64,000 nucleotides of DNA, taken from positions 704,001-768,000 of the forward strand of contig CAWDEM010000004.1 in assembly GCA_963801355.1 (NCBI GenBank), in the 5' to 3' direction. Below the pieces are notes generated by a model that did not search any database, was not told where the DNA came from, and worked only from the letters and a program-made list of their open reading frames with translations. The DNA comes from Ignavibacteriota bacterium (GTDB taxonomy: Bacteria > Bacteroidota > Ignavibacteria > UBA10030 > UBA6906). A program made the translations under genes and the position numbers. Each line of letters starts with the position of its first letter. The stretch's first letter is position 1. This document shows, piece after piece, positions 9,955 to 19,309 of this stretch.

Positions 9955-12149
9955 AACGCATCTCTTTGACACTCGCATTGCTCGCCTCCGTTACTGCGCT
10001 TGCATTGGCAGCCGGTGGCAACATTACCGGCCGGGTCACTGCTATTACCGACCGCCAGACCGAACCCCTCATCGGCGCGGTTGTTCTTGTGCAGGGATCG
10101 GTTCGCGGCACTACGACTAATCTCAAGGGAGAATACCGTATTGCGGATCTCCCGTCGGGCCGCTATTCGGTCACCGTCTCGATGGTCGGGTACCAGCGGA
10201 GTACCCGCACGGACATTGCTGTGGAAGAAGGCCAGGATGCCGTTGCCAATTTCACCCTGACGTCGTCACCGGTGCAGATCGACCAGGTGGTTGTGACTGC
10301 AAGCAGACGGGCCCAATCCCTGGAAGAAGTTCCGGTCAGCATCTCCGTGCTCGATGCGGGGGAGATCCGCCAGCGGAATGCGATGGTGATTGACGATGCG
10401 CTCCGGTATATCCCGGGTGTGAACATGACGGGCTTCCAGGTGAACATCCGCGGCTCCAGCGGATACAGCAGGGGCGCAGGAAGCCGTGTGTTGATGCTGC
10501 TGGACGGCATCCCTTTCATCGCCGGCGACACCGGTGAACTCAACTTTGAAACCGTTCCCGTCGGAATGGTTGACCGGATCGAAGTGGTAAAGGGTGCAAG
10601 TTCCGCACTCTACGGCTCCAACGCCCTCGGAGGCGTCATCAACGTTATTACCAAGGAAATCCCGGAAACGCCCAACACGACTCTCCGTCTCTTTGGAGGA
10701 GTATACAACCAACCCTCGCACGAGGAGTGGAGATGGAGCGACAAATGGCGGTTTGTGAATGGACAGTCGGTGAGCCACACCTATCGCGTCGGCAACCTCG
10801 GCCTTGGATTGTTTCTGTCACGCCAGTTTGATGACGGATACCGCAAGAACGATTACCGGCGCCGGTACAACGTCTTCGTCAAGGTCAAGGAGGACTACGC
10901 GCAGAACGATGCGCTGACAATGACGTTCGGGTTGCTGTATCAGTACGGCGGGCAATTCCTCTACTGGCGGAGCCTCGACTCGGCGTATCTTCCGCCGCTC
11001 GCACAGGCGGACGACAATATCAAGTCCATCCGTTTCTTCACCACGGGGCAGTATACAACGGTGATAAACGAAGGCTTTGCCCTGACCACGCGTGCCATGT
11101 GGTTCCACAACGACTGGGGATTTGAGACCCGCAGCGGGGTGGGGCGTGCGGAATCCGTGGCGGACGACTTCAGGCTGGAGTCACAGGCGACATTGATGCC
11201 CAATGACACCCATACATTGACATTCGGCGCCGAGGGGAATGTGGACCTGATAGGGGGGGACGTGATCAGTCAGAGAGTCATTGGCGGGTTCGCCCTGTAC
11301 GCGCAGGATGAAATCCGGTTGGCACAACCACTCACCCTGACCCTCGGAGGCCGGTATGATTTCACCTCCGTGGGGGTCACCGCGCCGGGCGGTTCATTGA
11401 ACCCGAAGGTAGCGCTTGCGTACACCCCCGCCGAGGGAACAACAGTGCGCGCGTCAATCGGCCGGGGATTCCGCGTCCCCTCGGTGGCCGAGGCCTTCCT
11501 GATGGCCGGATTCAACAACATCATTGCCAGACCCAATGAAGATCTCAAACCCGAGCGAAGCTGGTCGTTCGAGGTCGGGGTATCGCAGCGGTTGGGCGAA
11601 TTCGGAACTTTTGATATCGCAGGATTCCGATCGGACTTCGACAATCTGATTGAAGTCGTGCCGGATGTCGCGGAAAACGCTCTTCGATTCCAGTGGCGCA
11701 ACGTGGCAGAAGCCCGCATACAGGGTGTTGAAACGTCGTTGAAGCTGGGATTCTTCGAGGGTGCTCTGCAGTACAATCTCGGCTATACATATGTCTGGCC
11801 CGAAGACCTGACGCAGCACGATATGCTGAAATACAGGCCGCGCCACATCTTCTACACCTCACTCGCCGGTCATATCGGCCCGGTGCGCGCATCTACGGAT
11901 TTCCGCTTCATCAGCCGGGTGGATCGCGTCGACGATATCCTCGGGAACTACGGCATCGTCCCGGATGCCGAGGAGAGGACGCAAATCCTGGTGACGGATT
12001 TCCGTCTGGGGGTTGATTTCAGCGTCGGAAATGCCCCTTTCAGCGCCACCGCGATCGTCAATAATGCCTTCCAGTACAACTACGTAGAACTGATGGGCAA
12101 CATGATGCCGCCGCGGACCTACATGCTCGTGCTCGAAGCGAGGATGTGA
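9951..12149 (+). CDS. TonB-dependent receptor (CarboxypepD-like N-domain, BtuB/CirA-like plug and barrel)
   Basis: VVVTASR TonB box, RIEVVKGASSALYGSNALGGVINVITK, NEDLKPERS. Confidence 0.93.
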   Translation: MKRISLTLALLASVTALALAAGGNITGRVTAITDRQTEPLIGAVVLVQGSVRGTTTNLKGEYRIADLPSGRYSVTVSMVGYQRSTRTDIAVEEGQDAVANFTLTSSPVQIDQVVVTASRRAQSLEEVPVSISVLDAGEIRQRNAMVIDDALRYIPGVNMTGFQVNIRGSSGYSRGAGSRVLMLLDGIPFIAGDTGELNFETVPVGMVDRIEVVKGASSALYGSNALGGVINVITKEIPETPNTTLRLFGGVYNQPSHEEWRWSDKWRFVNGQSVSHTYRVGNLGLGLFLSRQFDDGYRKNDYRRRYNVFVKVKEDYAQNDALTMTFGLLYQYGGQFLYWRSLDSAYLPPLAQADDNIKSIRFFTTGQYTTVINEGFALTTRAMWFHNDWGFETRSGVGRAESVADDFRLESQATLMPNDTHTLTFGAEGNVDLIGGDVISQRVIGGFALYAQDEIRLAQPLTLTLGGRYDFTSVGVTAPGGSLNPKVALAYTPAEGTTVRASIGRGFRVPSVAEAFLMAGFNNIIARPNEDLKPERSWSFEVGVSQRLGEFGTFDIAGFRSDFDNLIEVVPDVAENALRFQWRNVAEARIQGVETSLKLGFFEGALQYNLGYTYVWPEDLTQHDMLKYRPRHIFYTSLAGHIGPVRASTDFRFISRVDRVDDILGNYGIVPDAEERTQILVTDFRLGVDFSVGNAPFSATAIVNNAFQYNYVELMGNMMPPRTYMLVLEARM

Positions 12150-12238
12150 TACGGATCACAACAGGTTTTGCCGATATTGCCGATCTTGGACACACCGGTA
12201 GTGCTGGGAATGTTCAATTGACTCCTGAAGGAGGAGAT

Positions 12239-13396
12239 ATGCAGAGAATGCTTCGATATTTCACTTGCGCGATCATTTTGTGCACTGCGACAAGCGGCGC
12301 ACTTGCGCAAATCACTATGGATACCGCGGATGTCGCCAGAATTTTCAAAGTCGGAAATGTCCTTTTCAACAATAGCGATACACTGACAACCACGGCAGAC
12401 ATCGGAGCCCCGGGCCTGACCAGCTGGGACTTCAGCGGTCTGAAAACCACGTCGTTCATGAGGATGGTGAGCGTTAATCCCAGGACTTCAACGTATGCCA
12501 GCCAGTTCCCTACTGCCACACATGCTGTGCGGGATACGGCGTTCACCTACTCGTTCTACTATGCGGATCTCAGCACAACAGTCATACTGAAGGGCACAGG
12601 CTTTGAATATTTCACTCTGGGAACGGACCTGCAAGATCACGGGCTGATTGGGGCCGGGACCGCGTACATGTTGGGTGGCTCATTCCCCGCCAATGGATCC
12701 TGGCTCAGGTCGCCGGCGGCCATCTACTACGGACTTCCTTTAACGATGCCCGGCGGGTGGAGCACGACATACGATGAAACTCTTTCGGGAAAGGCCGACT
12801 TCTTAGGCGGTCTTCCAATTGGTCCTAGTGTCACCAAGCATACCGTCACCTACACCGTTGATGCCTACGGGCCGCTCACGCTTCCCGGCCCAAAAACGCA
12901 ACAGGCGTTGCGCCTCTACAAAATCGATCGGTTCACTGGGGCCACAAACGGCGTGCACAAGGGATACGTCCTCCTGGCAAGGAACGGTGCTTCCGTCCAG
13001 GTGACGTTGACGGATACGCTTGCATCTTCCAGCGGAACAGTTGGAGTGACAGCGGTGGTCTGGATGCCCCCGACTGTGGAAGTGCCGGATTACACTCCGT
13101 TGTCAGAGACTCCCACGGCATTCGGGTTGGAGCAAAACTATCCGAATCCGTTCAACCCCAGCACTCAAATAGGGTTTGCGGTGTCGGGTCCGGGGTCCAG
13201 CTGGGTGAGGCTCGGCGTGTACGACATGCTCGGCCGGGAGGTGGCGTTGCTCGTCGATGAACAGAAGCCGGCAGGAGCGTACCGTGTTCAGTTTGACGGG
13301 CGTGGCCTGTCAACCGGAATCTATCATTACCGGTTGACGGCTACCGGTGACGCCGGCACATTCGTCGAAACAAAGAGCATGGTGCTTGTGAAGTAG
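12239..13396 (+). CDS. Secreted protein with T9SS-type C-terminal sorting domain
   Basis: GGAGGAG RBS; signal peptide; FGLEQNYPNPFNPST...KSMVLVK. Confidence 0.85.
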   Translation: MQRMLRYFTCAIILCTATSGALAQITMDTADVARIFKVGNVLFNNSDTLTTTADIGAPGLTSWDFSGLKTTSFMRMVSVNPRTSTYASQFPTATHAVRDTAFTYSFYYADLSTTVILKGTGFEYFTLGTDLQDHGLIGAGTAYMLGGSFPANGSWLRSPAAIYYGLPLTMPGGWSTTYDETLSGKADFLGGLPIGPSVTKHTVTYTVDAYGPLTLPGPKTQQALRLYKIDRFTGATNGVHKGYVLLARNGASVQVTLTDTLASSSGTVGVTAVVWMPPTVEVPDYTPLSETPTAFGLEQNYPNPFNPSTQIGFAVSGPGSSWVRLGVYDMLGREVALLVDEQKPAGAYRVQFDGRGLSTGIYHYRLTATGDAGTFVETKSMVLVK

Positions 13397-13478
13397 TAGG
13401 GCGGCCTGAGACCGGCGACAAGATCAAGCGTCCGGCGGGATCAAGACATAGACTGTGGCAAAGGGATAGAAAGAACAT

Positions 13479-13507
13479 GAGCCGCATCGGAAACCCCGGT
13501 GCGGCTC
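13479..13507. terminator. Hairpin terminator between convergent genes
   Basis: GAGCCGCATCGG / CCGGTGCGGCTC stem with one G-U pair. Confidence 0.6.
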
Positions 13508-13571
13508 GCGTATTTGTCGTCCGCCTCTACGGCCCACCTGGACTGCGTCCGTTTCCCGTTTTGTGCTGCAA

Positions 13572-14117
13572 CTATTGCGCAAGCGCTCGTTTCAGCGTTC
13601 GCAGGGCATGGGCGATCTGATTCTCCACTGTTTTCACGCTGATGCCCAGCAATGCGGCAATTTCCAGATGGGATTTTCCTTCATATCTGCTCAGCAGAAA
13701 AACAGCCCTGCACCGCTCACCCAGCCGGCTGTTGACTATCCCCACAATCCGTTCCTCCAGCATCCGGAGCTGGAGTATCTCTACCGGATCATCTCCTTCA
13801 GAAGCAGCCGGAACGGGAACGTCCCCGGCCAGGCGGTCACGCGTGGATTGATGTCTTGCCATGTCACGCACCAGGTTCTGGCTGATGCGCAGGGTGAGGG
13901 CCAGGAACGGGAGGTGTGGTTTGAGAGACGACCGGTGCTCCCAGATGCGGACAAAGGTTTCCTGCACAATCTCGTGCGACGTGTCCACATCACGTACGCG
14001 AAAGTACACCTGCCGGTACACCAGGGGTTGATATCTGCGGAACAGTTCGCCGAAGGCGTCAGGATCTGACTCCTTCACCCGTGTCAGCAAATCGATATCT
14101 GTGCCCGGCGAGACCAT
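13572..14117 (-). CDS. ECF RNA polymerase sigma-70 factor
   Basis: AFGELFRRY, EIVQETFVRIW, VFLLSRYEGKSHLEIAALLGISVKTVENQIAHAL. Confidence 0.93.
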   Translation of the reverse strand: MVSPGTDIDLLTRVKESDPDAFGELFRRYQPLVYRQVYFRVRDVDTSHEIVQETFVRIWEHRSSLKPHLPFLALTLRISQNLVRDMARHQSTRDRLAGDVPVPAASEGDDPVEILQLRMLEERIVGIVNSRLGERCRAVFLLSRYEGKSHLEIAALLGISVKTVENQIAHALRTLKRALAQ

Positions 14118-14174
14118 ATGATCCTTCAGAAAGGTAGAACGGGAATTGAACGGAATCAACCCCCCGTTGGCAAT

Positions 14175-14203
14175 GGGGGGCACAGCCCCCTGGTTCGTTA
14201 TAT
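14175..14203 (+). promoter_or_regulatory. Candidate ECF-dependent promoter for the fecR-like gene
   Basis: G-run followed by CGTTATA just upstream of the AGGAGG RBS; resembles motifs I recall before Bacteroidota anti-sigma genes. Confidence 0.3.
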
Positions 14204-14219
14204 GAATAGGAGGCCTGCT

Positions 14220-15158
14220 ATGGTCCGAAAAATCCGATGGTTCAAATGGCTCAATCTGAATAGCCGCGAATCGACTTCCGTGCCTGACGAAGTGATTGGC
14301 AAGGCGCTGGCACGAGACCGATCCGGAATTGCAGAACAGGATCCGGACACCGCGCGTCAATGGAATCTCCTGAGGGCGCGAATGGTGCAATCCTCTCGAG
14401 TGACTTCCTCACCCCGGGCGGCATCTTACACGTACCGGTTCAAACCCGGAATTGCTATCGCCCTCGGCTCTCTGGCCGTTCTTGCAGGCGTTGTGCTGTT
14501 TTGGCCGTCGCCGGCGGCTGCACCCCCCTTCTACCAGACCGGAGTCGGACAGCGTAGCACGATCGTCCTTGCAGACAGCACCGAGGTGACACTCAATCAC
14601 ACTTCCACACTGGCTCTGCTCCCGCTCAAGCCGGGGGAGGGCCGGCGCACCGTGTTGAGAGGGGAGGCGTTTTTCAAAGTGCGAAAAACAGGCACGCCGT
14701 TCATCGTGGAAACGGATTTCGGCGCGGTCAGTGTCCTTGGAACTGAATTCAATGTACGGACACGGCATGACGAAAATGAGGTCGCTGTCGTGCACGGGAG
14801 AGTCGAGGTAACCTCATCGCACAACGGAAGAGACAGCTCTGTGCTTCTGAATGCGGGACAACTGACGATGTTCACACAAGGAGAGGTCCCGGGAGCACCG
14901 CAACGTCTCCCGTTCGCAGAGGACTACCCTGGGTGGATGAAAGGGAAGTTTCTCTTCAATCAGACATCCCTCTCCTCCGCATGCCGGGAAATTGCAGATC
15001 AGTTCGGCGTGCCTGTGAGGACCGAAGCTCCGAAGTTCAACATCGAAACAATCACGGGTGTGGTGGACGGGGGCAATGTCGAATCCGCCATCAAGACTCT
15101 CTGCCTTCTCTCGGGGACATCGTATCGTCATGAGAACAACGGCTACGTATTGTATTAA
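14220..15158 (+). CDS. FecR-family anti-sigma factor
   Basis: AGGAGG RBS; single TM; IVLADSTEVTLN, LRGEAFFKV, VLGTEFNV and a WMKGKFLF C-domain. Confidence 0.9.
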   Translation: MVRKIRWFKWLNLNSRESTSVPDEVIGKALARDRSGIAEQDPDTARQWNLLRARMVQSSRVTSSPRAASYTYRFKPGIAIALGSLAVLAGVVLFWPSPAAAPPFYQTGVGQRSTIVLADSTEVTLNHTSTLALLPLKPGEGRRTVLRGEAFFKVRKTGTPFIVETDFGAVSVLGTEFNVRTRHDENEVAVVHGRVEVTSSHNGRDSSVLLNAGQLTMFTQGEVPGAPQRLPFAEDYPGWMKGKFLFNQTSLSSACREIADQFGVPVRTEAPKFNIETITGVVDGGNVESAIKTLCLLSGTSYRHENNGYVLY

Positions 15159-17643
15159 CATTTGCGTCGTTCTTGGTATCGTCGGTGCGTTCTCGAGTCC
15201 CTCCCACGCACAGGACCCGGAGCGGCAGCGGACGTTCAGGTTCGAGAATGTGGAGATGCGAAATGCGCTGGACTCCCTTATGCGATGGTATGACATCTCC
15301 ATCGTCTACTTCGACATTCATGTCAGCGGGTCGAAGGTCACCACCCGGTGCTCTTCCTGCACTGTCGTACAGGCTCTTGAGCAGGTTCTGGATGGGACCG
15401 GCCTGATGTGGATCAGAATGGGAAACCAGTTTGTCCTCAGGTCCCGTCCCGGGTCGCCGGATCGCGTTACCGCCGCTCTCAATGGTGTGGTGTCCGATTC
15501 TCTCACGGGGGGATGGGTTGCCGGGGCAACCGTACTCCTGCAGAAGGCTGAGGAGGGCGCGAGCCGCGAGGTGGTCCGGTGGTGTCCGACGAATTCGTTC
15601 GGGTTCTATTCGCTCCCCGATGTCGAGCTGGGAGACTACGTGCTCACGGTCAGGGCCATTGGATATGCACCGTGCAGCCATGCATTCAGCATCGAAGGCC
15701 GGGACGCCCGCCGGGTGGATCTCTTCCTACGGCAGGTGGAGATCTTCATGCAGGAATTCACCGTGGAAGGTCATCGGACCGAATCCTCACCGGCTGGCGG
15801 GCTTGTGCGTGGGACCTATGTACGCTCCGTTCCTTCGGATCAGACACAGTATCTGCTCGATGGTGCGAGGATCTATAATCCATCGCACTTCGGTGGTGTG
15901 CTGGCCACCTTTCAACCGGATATTTTGAACGACGTAGAGTCAGAGATGAGCGGACTCTCGCCTTTCTACGGCGGACGGATAGGTGGGCTTCTGGATCTGT
16001 CCATCCGGGAAGGGACACAGGAACGAATCGCCGGCATTGCGGGGATGGGTTCACTCGGCACACACCTGCTGATCGAAGGGCCGCTCGGAGACAGGTCGAC
16101 TTTTCTGGTCTCGGGGCGGAGGGCATATGTGGATCCTGCTGTACCCTTCCTCAGGGCCGACGCTACGCCGAGCCGGTCCGGGTCCTATGAGCTCGTCGGC
16201 AAGGCAAACTACCGGTTGTCAGGGAGCAGCCGGCTCTTTCTGAGTGGATATCTGGGCGGGGATACATACGCCAATGGCGTTGAGGGTGCCGGTGGGCACC
16301 TGGACAATGCATTTGAATGGTCAAACCGCAATCTCCAATGCCGCTGGTTCGGCATCAGCTCGTCATCGTTGTTCCTGTATGGTTCCATCGGGTATTCCCG
16401 CCATGACCTGTCGCTGGATCACAGACTGACGGCCCCCTGGACAATTGAACCGTCCGCCTCGTATTCGTCGGACTACCGGATTGAGAACATAAGTCTCCGT
16501 GCCCATGCCGAACATTTTCTCGATCGAGAGCACACGATCCGTGGAGGTGTGGAGCTGAATGCCCACAGAATCACCGGGGATATCAGCGAATTCTCCCTTT
16601 CCAATGCACCTATGTCTTTCGACGGATTCAGATTCTGGGAATTGGCCCTCTATCTACAGGACCAATGGCGTATTACCGACGGGCTGACGGCGGAACTGGG
16701 GGCCCGTGCGACTTCGTTTATCGGGGAGAACGGCTCACGCTCCGGGCTTGATCCACGGTTCTCGCTCATCGTCGCGCTGGACGACAACACCAGGTTCTAT
16801 ACGTCATTGACCGCGATCAACCAGTTCATCCATCCATACCGCAACACCGGCGTATTTTTCTTCTATCCCACTCTGTTCTGGTACCCTTCAGACGTTACGG
16901 TGAAACCTTCGACAGCGCTTCAGATCACAGCGGGGACCGAGCGGGACTGGGGTGCCGAAGCCTATCTCGCTTCCGCGGAGGCATACTATCGCGTCACCCA
17001 CGACTATCACGGATACACGATCCTCACGCAGCGCGGCGAGTCTTCAAGTCTACATCAGGCACTGCACTATGGCACCGAGAGTGCCTACGGCGGGAGTGTC
17101 GCGCTGCGCAAACGTTTCGGTGTGTTCACGGGCTCCCTCCGGTACACGTTAAGCTGGCTGCTCGACACGTTTGCCGAGGTGAACCATGGAGAACCGTTTG
17201 CTCCGGCGTTTGACCGCAGGCATGAACTTGAGCTTTGGGCGACGTACTCTCCGGGTGATGACTGGACGGTGAGTGCAGTGTGTGTCCTTGCCTCCGAACC
17301 TCCCCTGATGACAACGGCATCACCGTTCCGTATGAACGCCGAAATCGCTCCCGACCCCTCCACAGGACCAACGTACAGTTATGCGCGCTCTTTCGCACTT
17401 GATGCAAACGGGAGCAAGACTCCCGGCTTTCAGCGGTTCGAGGTCAGCGTCATGAAACGCGTGGTGCTCTGGGGAGTGGCATGTCAGTTCACGCTCCGGA
17501 TGCTGAATGCCTACGGTCTCCTGGATCCATTCATCTGGACCCTGAATGGCAGTTCGAATCCGCGAACCATATGGACGGTGGAACTCAGGGAACTTACTCT
17601 GTTTCCGCTCTATCCGTCAGTCGGAATGAATATCCGTTTCTGA
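15130..17643 (+). CDS. TonB-dependent receptor/transducer with STN-like signalling and CarboxypepD-like domains
   Basis: STN-like FRFENVEMRNALDSL...QALEQVLDGTGL; LLDGARIYNPSHFGG; YGGRIGGLLD; terminal Phe. Confidence 0.85.
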   Translation: MRTTATYCINICVVLGIVGAFSSPSHAQDPERQRTFRFENVEMRNALDSLMRWYDISIVYFDIHVSGSKVTTRCSSCTVVQALEQVLDGTGLMWIRMGNQFVLRSRPGSPDRVTAALNGVVSDSLTGGWVAGATVLLQKAEEGASREVVRWCPTNSFGFYSLPDVELGDYVLTVRAIGYAPCSHAFSIEGRDARRVDLFLRQVEIFMQEFTVEGHRTESSPAGGLVRGTYVRSVPSDQTQYLLDGARIYNPSHFGGVLATFQPDILNDVESEMSGLSPFYGGRIGGLLDLSIREGTQERIAGIAGMGSLGTHLLIEGPLGDRSTFLVSGRRAYVDPAVPFLRADATPSRSGSYELVGKANYRLSGSSRLFLSGYLGGDTYANGVEGAGGHLDNAFEWSNRNLQCRWFGISSSSLFLYGSIGYSRHDLSLDHRLTAPWTIEPSASYSSDYRIENISLRAHAEHFLDREHTIRGGVELNAHRITGDISEFSLSNAPMSFDGFRFWELALYLQDQWRITDGLTAELGARATSFIGENGSRSGLDPRFSLIVALDDNTRFYTSLTAINQFIHPYRNTGVFFFYPTLFWYPSDVTVKPSTALQITAGTERDWGAEAYLASAEAYYRVTHDYHGYTILTQRGESSSLHQALHYGTESAYGGSVALRKRFGVFTGSLRYTLSWLLDTFAEVNHGEPFAPAFDRRHELELWATYSPGDDWTVSAVCVLASEPPLMTTASPFRMNAEIAPDPSTGPTYSYARSFALDANGSKTPGFQRFEVSVMKRVVLWGVACQFTLRMLNAYGLLDPFIWTLNGSSNPRTIWTVELRELTLFPLYPSVGMNIRF

Positions 17644-17717
17644 AACCGGGGACAACTCACACATGACAACGATGATGGTGTTGTGCAGATGACGACATCA
17701 ATAGTGAGAATACATCC

Positions 17718-18167
17718 ATGAAATGTACATGGCACTACGCCGGGATTCTCCTGGCGATGTTTTCCTGGACATCGTGCAAAGATCTGTCGACCGATCCGAC
17801 GCAAGGAGGCCGGTATCAGTATGCGAGCTATAATTCTGCAGGCGTTCTTGTCGTACACGGTTGGTTCACACTGAATTTCGCCGATTCCCAATCTGTTTCG
17901 GGGGAGTGGCACTTCGCGCCGGTAGGAAATCCCCGAAACATTGGTCCGCAAACCGGCGATGGAACGCTTGTGGGCGGCTTCCACGACGGCAAATTATGGA
18001 TAGAGCTCAACCCACAATTCAGGGACAACAATCTTCAGCTGACCGGCACACTCGACGGCAACCGGTACTTTGGTGTATGGGCGTGGATCAGTTTTGTGGG
18101 AATCACTAGTACCGGGACATTCGAAGCGGTGAAAAATGGGGATGCATCGTTGATGGTGATAGAATAG
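17718..18167 (+). CDS. Hypothetical lipoprotein
   Basis: Lipobox-like WTSC after a hydrophobic stretch; beta-rich. Confidence 0.7.
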   Translation: MKCTWHYAGILLAMFSWTSCKDLSTDPTQGGRYQYASYNSAGVLVVHGWFTLNFADSQSVSGEWHFAPVGNPRNIGPQTGDGTLVGGFHDGKLWIELNPQFRDNNLQLTGTLDGNRYFGVWAWISFVGITSTGTFEAVKNGDASLMVIE

Positions 18168-18222
18168 TCGAACGGATCCTTGATAGTGATAGAATTGATG
18201 AGATCTTGACGGCAAAACGATC

Positions 18223-18729
18223 ATGAAATCAAAGGCAATCATGTTTCTGCTGACTCCGGTATTGCTTCTGCTGTTCGGGTCTTGCTCCCAATCCACCGAC
18301 GCACCCGAGCCGGTACCGGAAGTCCAGGCACTTAAGATCGATTTGCAGTATGGATTCAGGGATGAACTGAACACGTTCGCCCTGACACTCCAGAAAGACC
18401 TCGTTCTTGACGGGACCGTCACCGTTCCATTCTGGCTCACATCGGATGAACAGGATGTGATCCTTCAGAAGGCAGTGGGAATCGACTTCTTCTCGCTCCC
18501 GGATACTCTTCAGAGGGAGCCTGGCGTCTTCATCTCTCCCGACCCGAGTCCGGACCTGCTGCGGCTTCAGTACGGGAGTCAGGAGAAGACAGTTGTTTGG
18601 TACTACCCGCAGGATCCGAATGATACGCAGTGGAAAGCGCTCCTTGAACTGCGGAATGTCATCATGCAGGTGATCCAGGCGAAACCTGAATACAAACTCC
18701 TCCCAGCGGCGCGGGGTGGGTACGTGTAA
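18223..18729 (+). CDS. Hypothetical lipoprotein
   Basis: MKSKAIMFLLTPVLLLLFGSC lipobox. Confidence 0.75.
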   Translation: MKSKAIMFLLTPVLLLLFGSCSQSTDAPEPVPEVQALKIDLQYGFRDELNTFALTLQKDLVLDGTVTVPFWLTSDEQDVILQKAVGIDFFSLPDTLQREPGVFISPDPSPDLLRLQYGSQEKTVVWYYPQDPNDTQWKALLELRNVIMQVIQAKPEYKLLPAARGGYV

Positions 18730-18803
18730 GGCTGGATGGTGCATTCATCACTCCCTGGAGTGTGTCGGTTGTGCCGTGTACAGTGCTCACACATCGCGGG
18801 GGC

Positions 18804-19301
18804 ATGGCAAATATGAGACTCTTACAGATATTGTGCGCGTGCATGCTCACGTTTCTGGCTTCCTGTTCGGACCTGACCGGCCCGGACTTGACGGAAGAAC
18901 AGAACAACGATGTCACGATTACTCAGGGGATTTGGGGAAGAGTCAGGTTCTGGGAGGGGGATTTCATGCCAAGCATCGGAGGTCGTTCCTCGGGAACGAT
19001 CACACCTATTGAGCGTGAAGTCTGGATTTTCCAGGCCACGCGATTCGACTCCGTGGTGGGGGCCGGCGATGGACGTTTCTTCAAGCAGATCTTGACGGAA
19101 TTCGTGGCCAGAGTGCGATCGAATACATCGGGGTTCTACCAGGTCTCTCTTCCGCCGGGCAAGTACAGTGTTTTTGTAGTGGAGGGTTCCCTCTACTATG
19201 CGAACGGCACAGACTCCGCGGGTCACCTCGTCCCCGGAGTGGTCATGGCGGGTGCAGTGACGGAGGTGCCGGTGGAAATCACCTACAAGGCTGCATACTG
19301 A
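18804..19301 (+). CDS. Hypothetical lipoprotein with carboxypeptidase-regulatory-like fold
   Basis: FLASC lipobox; SNTSGFYQVSLPPGKYSV. Confidence 0.7.
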   Translation: MANMRLLQILCACMLTFLASCSDLTGPDLTEEQNNDVTITQGIWGRVRFWEGDFMPSIGGRSSGTITPIEREVWIFQATRFDSVVGAGDGRFFKQILTEFVARVRSNTSGFYQVSLPPGKYSVFVVEGSLYYANGTDSAGHLVPGVVMAGAVTEVPVEITYKAAY

Positions 19302-19309
19302 GGGAGATT

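Noticed and set aside
14118-14390. Long N-terminal extensions making the sigma and fecR ORFs abut or overlap
   Set aside because: Homology and RBS support starts at 14117 (-) and 14220 (+); the extensions are ORF-caller artefacts
17644-19309. Integron-like cassette array of small lipoprotein genes
   Set aside because: No attC-type RYYYAAC...GTTRRRY structures or integrase seen
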